Below, in pieces: positions 40,478 through 49,830 of a DNA stretch of 64,000 nt. Location: positions 308 through 64,307 of the forward strand of contig JAVEYA010000002.1 in assembly GCA_034003745.1 (NCBI GenBank). Direction: 5' to 3'. Position numbers and translations under genes: made by a program. Position 1 is the stretch's first letter, and each line of letters starts with the position of its first letter. The DNA is from Clostridia bacterium. GTDB taxonomy: Bacteria > Bacillota > Peptococcia > DRI-13 > PHAD01. The notes under the pieces are model-generated. The model worked only from the letters and a program-made list of their open reading frames with translations, was not told where the DNA came from and searched no databases.

Positions 40478-40546
40478 GTCATTCTGAGCGCAGTGAAGAA
40501 TCTTATGGTTCTAACAAAAGGATTCTTCGTTTTACTCAGAATGACA
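40478..40546 (+). repeat. palindromic repeat, copy 4 (full)
   Basis: GTCATTCTGAGCGCAGTGAAGAATCTT...AGGATTCTTCGTTTTACTCAGAATGACA. Starts 23 nt after the prfB stop. Confidence 0.85.
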
Positions 40547-40567
40547 AAAACCGAGGAGGCACACAAG

Positions 40568-41383
40568 ATGAGTATCAATGAAGCATATTTGCAGGAAACA
40601 GCCCGGCAGATCCGGCGCAATATTATCACCATGCTGCAGGAAGCGGCTTCGGGGCATCCCGGCGGCTCGCTCTCGGCAGCCGAAATTGTCACTTACCTCT
40701 ATTTTCACGCTATGAATGTGGACCCGCAGAATCCCCAGTGGGAAGACCGCGACCGGTTCGTGCTGAGCAAGGGGCATGCCGCTCCGGTACTGTTTTCTGC
40801 ACTGGCTGAGAAAGGCTTCTTCCCCCGGGAAGAGCTGTTGACCTTCCGCAAAATCAACAGCCGCCTGCAGGGCCACCCCGATATGAAGAAGGCGCCGGGC
40901 GTAGATATGTCCACCGGTTCGCTGGGGCAAGGCTTTTCCGCCTCCATCGGCATCGCCCTGGCCGGTAAGCTGGACAAAAAAGACTATCGCGTCTATGCGC
41001 TTCTGGGCGACGGGGAAGCGGAAGAAGGCCAGGTCTGGGAGGCGGCCATGGCAGCCGCCCATTACAAGCTGGACAACCTTACCGCCTTTTTAGACTATAA
41101 CCGTATGCAGATTGACGGGACGCTGGATGAGGTCATTTCCCCGGAACCGCTGGATGAGAAATTTAAGGCTTTCGGCTGGCATGTTTTGAGTATTGACGGG
41201 CATTCCCTGGCTGAGATTGATGCGGCGGTCGCGGAAGCGAAGCAAACCGCAGGAAAGCCGACGATGATTATCGCCCGCACCGTGAAGGGCAAGGGCGTTT
41301 CTTTCATGGAAAACCAAGTAAACTGGCACGGTACGCCGCCCAGCAAGGAACAGGCGGACAAGGCCCTGTCCGAACTGGTATAA
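40568..41383 (+). CDS. tkt: transketolase, N-terminal (TPP-binding) subunit
   Basis: Track ORF 40415..41383 trimmed to ATG 40568, 8 nt after GAGGAGG. GHPGGSLS and LGDGEAEEGQVWEA motifs. Confidence 0.9.
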   Translation: MSINEAYLQETARQIRRNIITMLQEAASGHPGGSLSAAEIVTYLYFHAMNVDPQNPQWEDRDRFVLSKGHAAPVLFSALAEKGFFPREELLTFRKINSRLQGHPDMKKAPGVDMSTGSLGQGFSASIGIALAGKLDKKDYRVYALLGDGEAEEGQVWEAAMAAAHYKLDNLTAFLDYNRMQIDGTLDEVISPEPLDEKFKAFGWHVLSIDGHSLAEIDAAVAEAKQTAGKPTMIIARTVKGKGVSFMENQVNWHGTPPSKEQADKALSELV

Positions 41384-41390
41384 GGGGGAA

Positions 41391-42335
41391 ATGGAAACAA
41401 TGGAAAAGATAGCAACGCGCGACGCCTATGGCAAAGCCTTGGTTAAACTGGGCGCGGAAAATCCCCGCATCGTGGCGCTGGACGCGGATTTATCCAAATC
41501 CACTAAAACTGTGGATTTTAAGAAAGCCTATCCGGAGCGCTTTTTCAATATGGGCATTGCCGAGCAGAATTTAATGGGGACTGCGGCGGGACTGGCTGCT
41601 GCCGGCAAGATTCCTTTTGCCAGCACCTTTGCCGTTTTTGCCACCGGCAGAGCTTTTGAGCAGATTCGTAACTCTATCGCCTATACTAAGCTGAATGTGA
41701 AGATTGCCGCCACCCACGCCGGTCTGACCGTAGGTGAGGACGGGGCTTCCCATCAGGCCATCGCCGATATCGCCGTCATGCGCGCCCTGCCCAATATGAC
41801 CGTCATCGTACCGGCGGACGGTATCGAGACGGAGCAGGCCGTCCGGGCGGCCGCCCAATATGAGGGACCGGTCTACATCCGCTTGGGCCGTTCCGGCGTG
41901 CCGGTATTATATGGTAGTGATTATGATTTTAAGATCGGCAAGGCTTCCGTGCTTAAGGAAGGCCGGGACGCGGCCGTTCTGGCCACCGGGATGATGGTGG
42001 CGGAAGCTCTGAAGGCGGCGGAAGAACTGGCGGCAGAGGGGACCAGCATCCGCGTCGTCAATATCTCCACCATCAAACCGCTGGATGTGGATGCCGTCGT
42101 GGCAGCCGCCCGGGAAACCGGCGCGCTGGTCACCGCGGAAGAGCATAACATCATCGGCGGCCTGGGCAGCGCCGTGGCCGAAGCCCTGGCGGAGCATTCC
42201 CCCGCCCCGTTGGAACGCGTCGGCGTCCAAGACACCTTCGGCGAGTCCGGCAAGCCTCAGGAACTTCTGGAGAAATACGGCCTCACATCGACTGATATTG
42301 TGAAGGCTGTACGTAAAGTTATAAGCCGCAAGTAG
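41391..42335 (+). CDS. tkt: transketolase, C-terminal (pyrimidine-binding) subunit
   Basis: FFNMGIAEQNLMGTAAGLA and THAGLTVGEDGASHQ motifs. Confidence 0.9.
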   Translation: METMEKIATRDAYGKALVKLGAENPRIVALDADLSKSTKTVDFKKAYPERFFNMGIAEQNLMGTAAGLAAAGKIPFASTFAVFATGRAFEQIRNSIAYTKLNVKIAATHAGLTVGEDGASHQAIADIAVMRALPNMTVIVPADGIETEQAVRAAAQYEGPVYIRLGRSGVPVLYGSDYDFKIGKASVLKEGRDAAVLATGMMVAEALKAAEELAAEGTSIRVVNISTIKPLDVDAVVAAARETGALVTAEEHNIIGGLGSAVAEALAEHSPAPLERVGVQDTFGESGKPQELLEKYGLTSTDIVKAVRKVISRK

Positions 42336-42360
42336 AGGGTACGAAAGAATAAGGAATAAA

Positions 42361-42401
42361 AGTAAGAAGGACAAGGGGACGGGCTCCTTGTCCTTCTTAC
42401 T
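42361..42401 (+). terminator. 16-bp perfect-stem hairpin after tkt
   Basis: AGTAAGAAGGACAAGG-GGACGGGCT-CCTTGTCCTTCTTACT. Only a weak T tract follows. Confidence 0.5.
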
Positions 42402-42503
42402 TGTGTGTCCCGATAAGAGGGCTAGTATTTTTTTCAATCAATGCTATAATGATAGTAAGGAAAAGTAAGGAATCATGAATGTGCAAGGAGGAATTTGCAT
42501 ATA

Positions 42504-42902
42504 ATGTCTATAGCGGAAAAAGACTTGAAGGTGACCAAAATGAAAAAAGAGATTAGAACGGGAACGATAACTTCCAAACGCCAGCTTACTATACCGAAAG
42601 ACTTTTGCGATAAGCTGGGGCTTGAGAAGGACGTCGAGCTCATCCTGGAAGAAGACGGGATTGTAATAAAAAAGCTTCCTTTAGATGAAAATTTAAACGA
42701 TGATTTTTCCGATCTCATTCTACAATCCATACTGGAAGAAGGTTATACCGGCAAAGAGAATATTTTAAGGGAGTTTAGAATGCGCAAGCGCGTTCTGCCT
42801 ATGGCTGTCAGAAAACTGATTAACGAGGCGAGAGAATACGCCGGGAAAGATACCCGTACATCTGAAGAACTTGATAAAGAGCTTTTTGGCGGGGAGGATT
42901 AA
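42504..42902 (+). CDS. AbrB/SpoVT-domain antitoxin candidate
   Basis: SKRQLTIPKDFCDKLGL swapped-hairpin motif. AAGGAGG upstream. Start ambiguous (ATG 42504 or 42540). AT-rich. Confidence 0.6.
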   Translation: MSIAEKDLKVTKMKKEIRTGTITSKRQLTIPKDFCDKLGLEKDVELILEEDGIVIKKLPLDENLNDDFSDLILQSILEEGYTGKENILREFRMRKRVLPMAVRKLINEAREYAGKDTRTSEELDKELFGGED

Positions 42903-42905
42903 CCC

Positions 42906-43229
42906 TTGCTCGATTATAAAGTAGCGCCAAAAGTTGAAAAATACTTTAAAAAGATTAAGACCAAAGATCGTATATTAAGCCGAAAATATAGTGAAGCTAT
43001 TCTGGAAATTCGTAAAAATCCCGAGATAGGGCAGCCAAAAAAAGGGAACCTTAAGGGGATAATAGGCTATGATATCTACCATAATGGAGTAAACTATGAA
43101 TTAGCTTATGAAGTTGCTGAAATCAATGGAAAGGTTGTTCTGATTATCTTAGCAGGGACCAGAGAAAATTTTTATGATCAATTGGAAAAATACATCAAGG
43201 ATTGCCGTAAGTATTTTGAATTAAATTAA
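42906..43229 (+). CDS. RelE/ParE-superfamily toxin candidate
   Basis: 107 aa. LKGIIGYDIYHNGVNYELAYEV...VVLIILAGTRENFY pattern. TTG start 7 nt after GGGGAGGA, 4 nt after the antitoxin stop. Confidence 0.6.
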   Translation: MLDYKVAPKVEKYFKKIKTKDRILSRKYSEAILEIRKNPEIGQPKKGNLKGIIGYDIYHNGVNYELAYEVAEINGKVVLIILAGTRENFYDQLEKYIKDCRKYFELN

Positions 43230-43368
43230 CATTTATTTTCCAGCAGGAATTGCCTATACATTGTCGAACAAAGAAAAGTGGCCAAGCAAAATGGAACTAT
43301 TTTTACTTTTTTTCGTCAGAATATATTAACTCCTTTACGGTAAAGCTTGTGGGAAACGGGGTGAGCGG

Positions 43369-44055
43369 ATGATTCAGATGTTCAACGTCTCCAAGATATA
43401 TGAGGGCGAGGTCAAGGTGGAAGCCCTTTCCGATATAAACCTACATATTAGAAAAGGTGAATTTGTCTTTGTAGTGGGGCCTTCCGGCGCCGGCAAATCA
43501 ACCCTGACCAAGCTGATGATCAGAGAAGAGCTGCCGACCAAAGGGCAGATTATGGTGGATAACAGAAGCCTGATCCGGATAAAAAACCGGGAAATTCCCC
43601 ATTTGCGGCGGAAAATCGGCTTCATCTTCCAGGATTTTCGTCTGCTGATGGAGCGGACCATATACGAAAACGTGGCTTTTGCCATGGAAGCGATCGAGAT
43701 ACCCCGCGGAGAAGTGCGCGAACGCGTGCCGGCTGTGCTGGAGATGGTCGGCCTGGCCGATAAACTGAAATCCTATCCCCATCAGCTCTCCGGCGGGCAG
43801 CAGCAGCGGGTCTGCATCGCACGGGCTGTGGTCAATGACCCGCGGATCATTATTGCGGACGAGCCTACCGGAAACCTCGACCCCGATACTTCCTGGGAAA
43901 TTATGAATATCCTGCTGGCCATCAATAAGCGCGGCACTACCATTATCACCGCCACGCACGACCGTGAGATGGTCGACAGTATGAGACGCCGGGTCATTGC
44001 GCTGCGCGGCGGTTTTATCGTGCGCGATGAAGAGCGGGGAGGGTATGACAAATGA
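43369..44055 (+). CDS. ftsE: cell-division ABC ATPase FtsE
   Basis: GPSGAGKST, LSGGQQQRV, IIADEPTGNLD. Confidence 0.93.
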   Translation: MIQMFNVSKIYEGEVKVEALSDINLHIRKGEFVFVVGPSGAGKSTLTKLMIREELPTKGQIMVDNRSLIRIKNREIPHLRRKIGFIFQDFRLLMERTIYENVAFAMEAIEIPRGEVRERVPAVLEMVGLADKLKSYPHQLSGGQQQRVCIARAVVNDPRIIIADEPTGNLDPDTSWEIMNILLAINKRGTTIITATHDREMVDSMRRRVIALRGGFIVRDEERGGYDK

Positions 44056-44939
44056 GACTGAGCAGTTTCAGTTATGCCCTGCGTGACGCGCTGCGCTCCT
44101 TATGGCGCAATAAATTTATGACCGTAGCTTCGGTGGCGACGGTAGCCATTTCCCTTTTGATTCTAGGGGCGGCCTGGCTTCTGGTGCTGAACTCCAATTA
44201 TTTGGCCTCCGCGATGGAATCGGAATTGGAGATAAACGTCTACTTAAAGGATGACGTGCCCCGGGAAGAAGCGGTACTGATGGAAGAGGTCTTCGCCGAT
44301 ATTGCCGGCGTGGCGGAAGTGGTTTTCGTGCCGCGGGAGAAAGGCCTTCAAGAACTCGAGGACAGGTTCAGCGAAGATACCGGTCTTTTGGAAGCGCTGG
44401 GAGACAGGAATCCGCTGCCTGATATCTACCGTCTTAAAGCCAATGATGCGGTAAATGTCCCGGCGATAGCCGAGATGGCCTCATCTTTGGATAGAGTGGA
44501 AAATGTCCGCTACGGACAAGGTCTGGTAGAGCGCCTGCTGGCCCTGACCGATTGGCTGCATACCGCCGGTGTGGTGATGATTGTTGCCATTGCGGTAGCC
44601 TCCGTCTTTCTGATTGCTACCACCATTCGCCTGACCGTGTTTGCCCGGCGCCGTGAAATCGGCATCATGAAGCTGGTCGGCGCGACCAACTGGTATATCC
44701 GCTGGCCCTTTTTCCTGGAAGGCATGCTGATTGGTTTCATGGGCGCGGCTATTGCGGTGGGCGTAATCCATTTGTTCTATGCGGAACTGACCAAAAATAT
44801 TGCTTCTACGGTAAGTTTTGTGCCGATTATGACGGACCGGACCATGCTGAATGAGATTTTCCGGAATCTTTTGCTGCTGGGGACGGGACTGGGCGCGCTG
44901 GGCAGCGCCGTCAGCCTGCGCCGGTTCCTGAAAGTTTAA
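44052..44939 (+). CDS. ftsX: cell-division ABC permease-like FtsX
   Basis: Four-TM topology with a large first extracellular loop. Overlaps the ftsE stop. Confidence 0.9.
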   Translation: MRLSSFSYALRDALRSLWRNKFMTVASVATVAISLLILGAAWLLVLNSNYLASAMESELEINVYLKDDVPREEAVLMEEVFADIAGVAEVVFVPREKGLQELEDRFSEDTGLLEALGDRNPLPDIYRLKANDAVNVPAIAEMASSLDRVENVRYGQGLVERLLALTDWLHTAGVVMIVAIAVASVFLIATTIRLTVFARRREIGIMKLVGATNWYIRWPFFLEGMLIGFMGAAIAVGVIHLFYAELTKNIASTVSFVPIMTDRTMLNEIFRNLLLLGTGLGALGSAVSLRRFLKV

Positions 44940-44958
44940 GTGAGAGAATCGCCATTCG

Positions 44959-45033
44959 TGTCATTCTGAGCGTTAGCGAAGAATCTTTCTATTGCAAGAA
45001 CCAACAAGATTCTTCGCTGCGCTCAGAATGACA
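44959..45033 (+). repeat. palindromic repeat, copy 5 (full, best preserved)
   Basis: TGTCATTCTGAGCGTTAGCGAAGAATCTT-loop-AAGATTCTTCGCTGCGCTCAGAATGACA. Starts 20 nt after the ftsX stop. Confidence 0.9.
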
Positions 45034-45156
45034 TTTTCAGTAAGCGGTTCTTTGAATCCACCTTTTCTATTTTTGATTAATATAGTAAGATTTACTTACA
45101 TATAATTAGTTTAAGGCGTCTTTAGAACGCCGTATGGGAAAGCCGGGGGTGGAACA

Positions 45157-46299
45157 ATGCGGGAAAAATCTTTGGGACAAAAAATAATTTCTGTGGTTAC
45201 GGTCTTTTGTTATGTCTTTACTATAGGCGCAGGCCTTTTTTATTTTACCTTTAAAACCGAAATCGACAGGATCTACGACGTCGGTGCGGTCATTAAAGCG
45301 CAGTATTTGCACGATGTCCCTTTGAATCAGCTCCTCAAGGGCGCTGTCCGGGGCATGGTAGAATCCCTGGGGGACCCTTACTCCGCTTTCATGGACGCAC
45401 GGGAATATGAAGCTTTGCAGGAGTATATCCAAGGCGCTTTCGGCGGCATCGGCATCTATGTGGAAATCAACAAGGACAACCTGCTGACCGTCTCCTCGCC
45501 CATCGAAGGAACGCCGGCTTACCGGGAAGGCATTAAATCCGGCGATGTGATTATTAAGATCGATGACGTTTTTACCAGTGACCTGGCCTATGATGAAGCC
45601 GTAGCCAGGATGCGCGGCGAACCGGGTACGGCGGTAACGCTGGGCATCATGCGCCCGGGCGTAACCGGCTTAATGGAGTTCAAGATTATCCGTGAAATTA
45701 TCGATATCCCCACTGTGGAGCATCAGATCCTGGAAGATGAGATCGGCTATATGCGCCTGAAAATCTTCTCCAGCAATTCCGATGAGGCTGTTCTGGAGCA
45801 TCTGCGGGCCTTAAACGAGGCGGGAGCCAAAGCCCTGGTGCTGGATTTGCGGGATAATCCGGGGGGAGACCTGGACTCAGCTGTGAACATTGCTGATTTC
45901 TTCATCTCCGAAGGCCCCATCGTCTATATTGTCAACCGTTCCGGGGATACCAGGGCATATGCTGCGGCTGAGCCGGAGAAGTTCGGCTTGCCGTTGGCCG
46001 TTCTGATTAACGGCGGCAGCGCCAGCGCTTCCGAAGTCTTGTCCGGGGCGATCAAAGACACTGGGGCAGGCGTCTTAATCGGTGAAAAAACTTTCGGCAA
46101 GGGCATCGTGCAGGGCGTGTTTAATTTAGGCCGGGGAGAAGGTTTAAAGCTGACCACTTCCAAGTACCTGACGCCCAATAAGATTGATATCCATCAGAAG
46201 GGTATTGAACCCGATATCGTGGTTACGGTTTCGGAAAATGACCGGGAGGATGTGCAGCTGGAAAGCGCCCTGGAGTACCTGAGAAAGCAGCTGGAATAA
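45157..46299 (+). CDS. ctp: S41 carboxy-terminal processing peptidase (CtpA/CtpB-like)
   Basis: N-terminal anchor, PDZ (GIKSGDVIIKID), DLRDNPGG, GGSASASE. Confidence 0.88.
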   Translation: MREKSLGQKIISVVTVFCYVFTIGAGLFYFTFKTEIDRIYDVGAVIKAQYLHDVPLNQLLKGAVRGMVESLGDPYSAFMDAREYEALQEYIQGAFGGIGIYVEINKDNLLTVSSPIEGTPAYREGIKSGDVIIKIDDVFTSDLAYDEAVARMRGEPGTAVTLGIMRPGVTGLMEFKIIREIIDIPTVEHQILEDEIGYMRLKIFSSNSDEAVLEHLRALNEAGAKALVLDLRDNPGGDLDSAVNIADFFISEGPIVYIVNRSGDTRAYAAAEPEKFGLPLAVLINGGSASASEVLSGAIKDTGAGVLIGEKTFGKGIVQGVFNLGRGEGLKLTTSKYLTPNKIDIHQKGIEPDIVVTVSENDREDVQLESALEYLRKQLE

Positions 46300-46361
46300 G
46301 CCGGGGACGGGCTGCATATAAATCAAAAAACTGACAATAGAGGTATTATGGTGGTGATTGA

Positions 46362-47621
46362 GTGCTCTCCTTTATGCAACTGGCGCCGCTTTTAATTGAG
46401 ACGTTTCTGGGCCTTTTGACCGACTGGGTCTTCTGGCTGGTGGTAGTGCTGGTGGTGATGCAGTACGGCAGAATAGCCCGCTCGTCCCGCTATCTTTTTG
46501 ATATGCCTGAATTCTCCAGCTGGCAGCCTGCGCTGCTGGCTGTCTTGTTCGGGATTGCCGGAGGAATGCTGGGCAGCGTCTTGCTGATTATTACCGGTAT
46601 TTCCATCCTGGAGGTGGGCATTGTTTATCTGTGGGCAGCCGCCTTGATCCTGCTGCTGTTCCGGCAGCGCTTCCTCTGCTTCGCCTATGCAGGCGGCGCC
46701 ATTTCGCTCTGCCGCCTGCTCTTTGGTTTCCCGGAAGTTACGGTCTCACAGGTGATGGGCCTGGTGGCTGTGCTGCATATGGTGGAAGCGGTCCTGATCC
46801 TTACGAGCGGTCATCTGGCCGCATATCCCATCTATGTTCGCACCAAACAGGGACAGGTTGTAGGCGGCTTTAACCTGCAGAAGTTCTGGCCGCTGCCGCT
46901 GATTGCCCTAATGGCCTTAATGATCCCGGAGCAGGAAATGTTAAAAGGCGCGGTAGCCATGCCGGACTGGTGGCCGCTGATCAAGCCGGAGCTCCTGGAA
47001 GGCAGCGGAGAACCGTTGTATGTGCTGATGCCGGTGGTGGCGGCGCTGGGTTACGGCGATGTGGCGCTGACCTCCTCGCCGGGTAAAAAAGCCCGTCTGG
47101 CTGCCCTGGAGTTGGCTGCTTTCAGTGTGATTCTGCTGGGTTTATCCGTCTGCGCAAGTTATTATCCCTGGATGGCCCTTGCGCCGGCGCTCTTTGGCCC
47201 CCTGGGGCACGAGTTCATTATCTGGCTGGACCAGCGCCGGGAAAGCCGGGGTCAGCCGCTTTACGTGCAGGCGGAACGCGGCGTGCGGATTTTGTATCTT
47301 CATCCGGGTGCGCCACTGGCGAAGGCAGGTTTAAAAAGCGGGGATATTCTCTTATCGCTGCAGGACTATGCGGTGAATAACCGTTATCAGATCCGCGCCA
47401 TCCTGCTGGAAGCGCATGGTTCGCTGAAAGCGGAATATCTGCCGGCCAAAAGCCGGGAAGTCCGGCATACCGTCATTCAGCGCCGGGGAGACGAGGCGCT
47501 GGGTTTTGTTGCGGCCCCGGACCGTTACGAAACCTCCTTTTTGGAGATGTCCGGTTCGGCGAGCCTCCTGAAGAGAGGATTGGAGAAAATCAAAGGAAAA
47601 ATGAGACAGAAAAACATTTGA
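46362..47621 (+). CDS. polytopic membrane protein with C-terminal PDZ domain
   Basis: About 8 predicted TM helices, then GAPLAKAGLKSGDILLSL PDZ-like carboxylate-binding region. Confidence 0.65.
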   Translation: MLSFMQLAPLLIETFLGLLTDWVFWLVVVLVVMQYGRIARSSRYLFDMPEFSSWQPALLAVLFGIAGGMLGSVLLIITGISILEVGIVYLWAAALILLLFRQRFLCFAYAGGAISLCRLLFGFPEVTVSQVMGLVAVLHMVEAVLILTSGHLAAYPIYVRTKQGQVVGGFNLQKFWPLPLIALMALMIPEQEMLKGAVAMPDWWPLIKPELLEGSGEPLYVLMPVVAALGYGDVALTSSPGKKARLAALELAAFSVILLGLSVCASYYPWMALAPALFGPLGHEFIIWLDQRRESRGQPLYVQAERGVRILYLHPGAPLAKAGLKSGDILLSLQDYAVNNRYQIRAILLEAHGSLKAEYLPAKSREVRHTVIQRRGDEALGFVAAPDRYETSFLEMSGSASLLKRGLEKIKGKMRQKNI

Positions 47622-47687
47622 TGCAGGAAAATATTGAATATTAAAACAGCCGTTGCGCTTGTTCAGGCAAGGGCTGCGTTATTTTAC

Positions 47688-47701
47688 CAAACATATGTTC
47701 C
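47688..47701. promoter_or_regulatory. LexA (Cheo/SOS) box upstream of uvrB
   Basis: CAAACATATGTTCC versus the Gram-positive consensus CGAACATATGTTCG (core AAAC-N4-GTTC, one core mismatch). Confidence 0.55.
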
Positions 47702-47817
47702 CTAAAATAGACTTTTCGTGTATAATATATTTTATAATACTTTAGCGGGCAGTGTGTGATATAATATCTTCTCAAATAGTTCCCGAAAATAACCCAAAGA
47801 TAGACGTGGTGAAGAAA

Positions 47818-49791
47818 ATGGAAAATAAATTCGTATTGAAATCCGAATACAAACCGCAGGGCGACCAGCCCCAGGCTATTGCGGCCCTGGTGCAAAGACT
47901 GCGGAAAAATGATAAAATGCTGACGCTGCTGGGGGCTACCGGGACGGGCAAGACGTATACAATGGCGCATGTCATCGAGCAGATTCAGAAACCCACGCTG
48001 GTGATTGCCCACAATAAGACGCTGGCGGCCCAGCTTTGCAGCGAGTTCAAGGAGTTTTTCCCCGACAATGCCGTGGAGTATTTCGTCAGCTATTATGACT
48101 ATTACCAGCCGGAAGCCTATGTACCGCAGACGGATACCTATATCGAAAAGGATTCTTCCATCAACGACGAAATCGAAAAGCTGCGCCACTCCGCCACAGC
48201 GGCCCTGCTGGAGCGCCGCGACGTCATTGTGGTGGCCAGTGTTTCCTGCATCTACGGCCTGGGCTCTCCGGAGGAATATAAGACCCAGACGCTGTCGCTC
48301 CGGGCCGGGCAGGTCATCGAGCGGGAAGCCATCTTGCGCCGTCTCATTGATATTCAGTATGACAGAAACGATATCAACCTGATCCGCGGGACCTTCCGCG
48401 CCCGTGGGGACGTTATCGATATTGTCCCGGTCTCTTACGGGGAGAATGCCATCCGCGTGGAATTATTCGGCGATGAGGTGGAACGTATTCTGGAAGTGGA
48501 TACCCTGACGGGGGAGATCACCGGACGGCGCCATCACATCAGCATCTTTCCGGCCAGCCACTATGTCACCGGCAAAGAGAAAATGGAAATCGCCCTGGTC
48601 AATATTGAGGCGGAACTGGCGGAGCGGCTGGCCTACCTGCGGGAGCGCGGCCGTCTCCTGGAGGCCCAGCGGCTGGAGATGCGCGCCAACTATGATATGG
48701 AAATGATGCGCGAAGTGGGTTTCTGTTCCGGTATTGAAAACTATTCCCGTCACCTGACCGGGCGCGCCCCGGGGGACTCCCCTTACACGCTCCTGGATTA
48801 TTTCCCGGGAGATTTTCTGACAGTTATCGACGAATCCCACCAGTCTGTGCCCCAGATCGGCGGCATGTACGAAGGGGACAAGTCCCGCAAGACGACTTTG
48901 ATTGAATTCGGCTTCCGCCTGCCTTCGGCCCTGGACAACAGGCCGCTCCGATTCGCGGAATTCGAGCAGCGAATCGGCCAGACCGTCTTTGTCTCGGCCA
49001 CGCCGGGCCCTTATGAAGTTCAGCACAGCAACGCGATTATCGAGCAGATTATCCGGCCCACCGGCCTGGTTGATCCGGAAATTTCGGTGCGGCCGATCCA
49101 GGGCCAGATTGACGACCTGCTGGCGGAAATCCAGGTCCGGGTCAACCGCAGTGAGCGGGTGCTCGTCACCACCTTGACCAAGAAAATGGCCGAAGATCTG
49201 ACCGATTACCTGGCGGAGATGGGTGTGAAGGTCCGTTACCTGCATTCCGAAATCAAAACTTTAGAACGGATGACGATCATCCGGGATTTGCGTCTGGGAG
49301 AATTTGACGTCCTGGTGGGTATTAACCTCCTGCGCGAGGGCCTGGACTTGCCGGAAGTCTCGTTGGTGGCGATCCTGGACGCCGATAAGGAAGGATTTCT
49401 GCGCTCGGAACGCTCCCTGATCCAGACGATTGGCCGGGCGGCGCGCAATGTCAACGGCCAGGTCATCATGTACGCCGATACCCGGACCGATTCCATGAAC
49501 AGGGCCATCGGCGAGACGGACCGCCGCCGCAAGCTGCAGCAGGAATTTAACCTGAAGCACCATATCCAGCCGCAGACGGTCAAGAAGGCTGTGCGCAACG
49601 TACTGGAGGCCACGGTCATCGCGGAAATGAAACCGGAATACCGCGTGGACGGTAAGAAGATACCCAAGAAGGAACTAAAAGAAATGATCACCCGCCTGGA
49701 GAAGGAAATGCGCGCCGCCTCCAAGGAATTGGCCTTCGAGCGGGCCGCGGAACTCCGGGACCTCATCATTGAAATGAAAGCAGAGCTGTAA
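47818..49791 (+). CDS. uvrB: excinuclease ABC subunit B
   Basis: Track ORF 47752..49791 trimmed to ATG 47818. [20 protein letters not shown]-terminal UVR domain FERAAELRD. Confidence 0.95.
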   Translation: MENKFVLKSEYKPQGDQPQAIAALVQRLRKNDKMLTLLGATGTGKTYTMAHVIEQIQKPTLVIAHNKTLAAQLCSEFKEFFPDNAVEYFVSYYDYYQPEAYVPQTDTYIEKDSSINDEIEKLRHSATAALLERRDVIVVASVSCIYGLGSPEEYKTQTLSLRAGQVIEREAILRRLIDIQYDRNDINLIRGTFRARGDVIDIVPVSYGENAIRVELFGDEVERILEVDTLTGEITGRRHHISIFPASHYVTGKEKMEIALVNIEAELAERLAYLRERGRLLEAQRLEMRANYDMEMMREVGFCSGIENYSRHLTGRAPGDSPYTLLDYFPGDFLTVIDESHQSVPQIGGMYEGDKSRKTTLIEFGFRLPSALDNRPLRFAEFEQRIGQTVFVSATPGPYEVQHSNAIIEQIIRPTGLVDPEISVRPIQGQIDDLLAEIQVRVNRSERVLVTTLTKKMAEDLTDYLAEMGVKVRYLHSEIKTLERMTIIRDLRLGEFDVLVGINLLREGLDLPEVSLVAILDADKEGFLRSERSLIQTIGRAARNVNGQVIMYADTRTDSMNRAIGETDRRRKLQQEFNLKHHIQPQTVKKAVRNVLEATVIAEMKPEYRVDGKKIPKKELKEMITRLEKEMRAASKELAFERAAELRDLIIEMKAEL

Positions 49792-49830
49792 CACAGCAGA
49801 CATACAGTTTAAGCGGAAAGGGAAAGAAAC

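Noticed and set aside
40415-40567. N-terminal extensions of track ORFs reading through repeat copies (40415..40567 of tkt; likewise 56756..56914 of the TIM-barrel gene and 54575..54676 of the HAD gene).
   Set aside because: The extensions translate the palindromic repeat, a promoter or the end of the upstream gene. Strong SD-supported internal starts give proteins of canonical length.
43262-43268. Perfect Spo0A box TGTCGAA upstream of ftsE, with a reverse copy at 35308-35314 and near-matches at 35146 and 55560.
   Set aside because: A 7-mer is expected several times by chance in 64 kb on two strands. The sites are isolated and not in a recognisable promoter context.
47641-48189. 182-aa minus-strand ORF covering the uvrB promoter region and 5' end.
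   Set aside because: It overlaps uvrB coding sequence and the LexA-box/promoter region. No SD and no motif.
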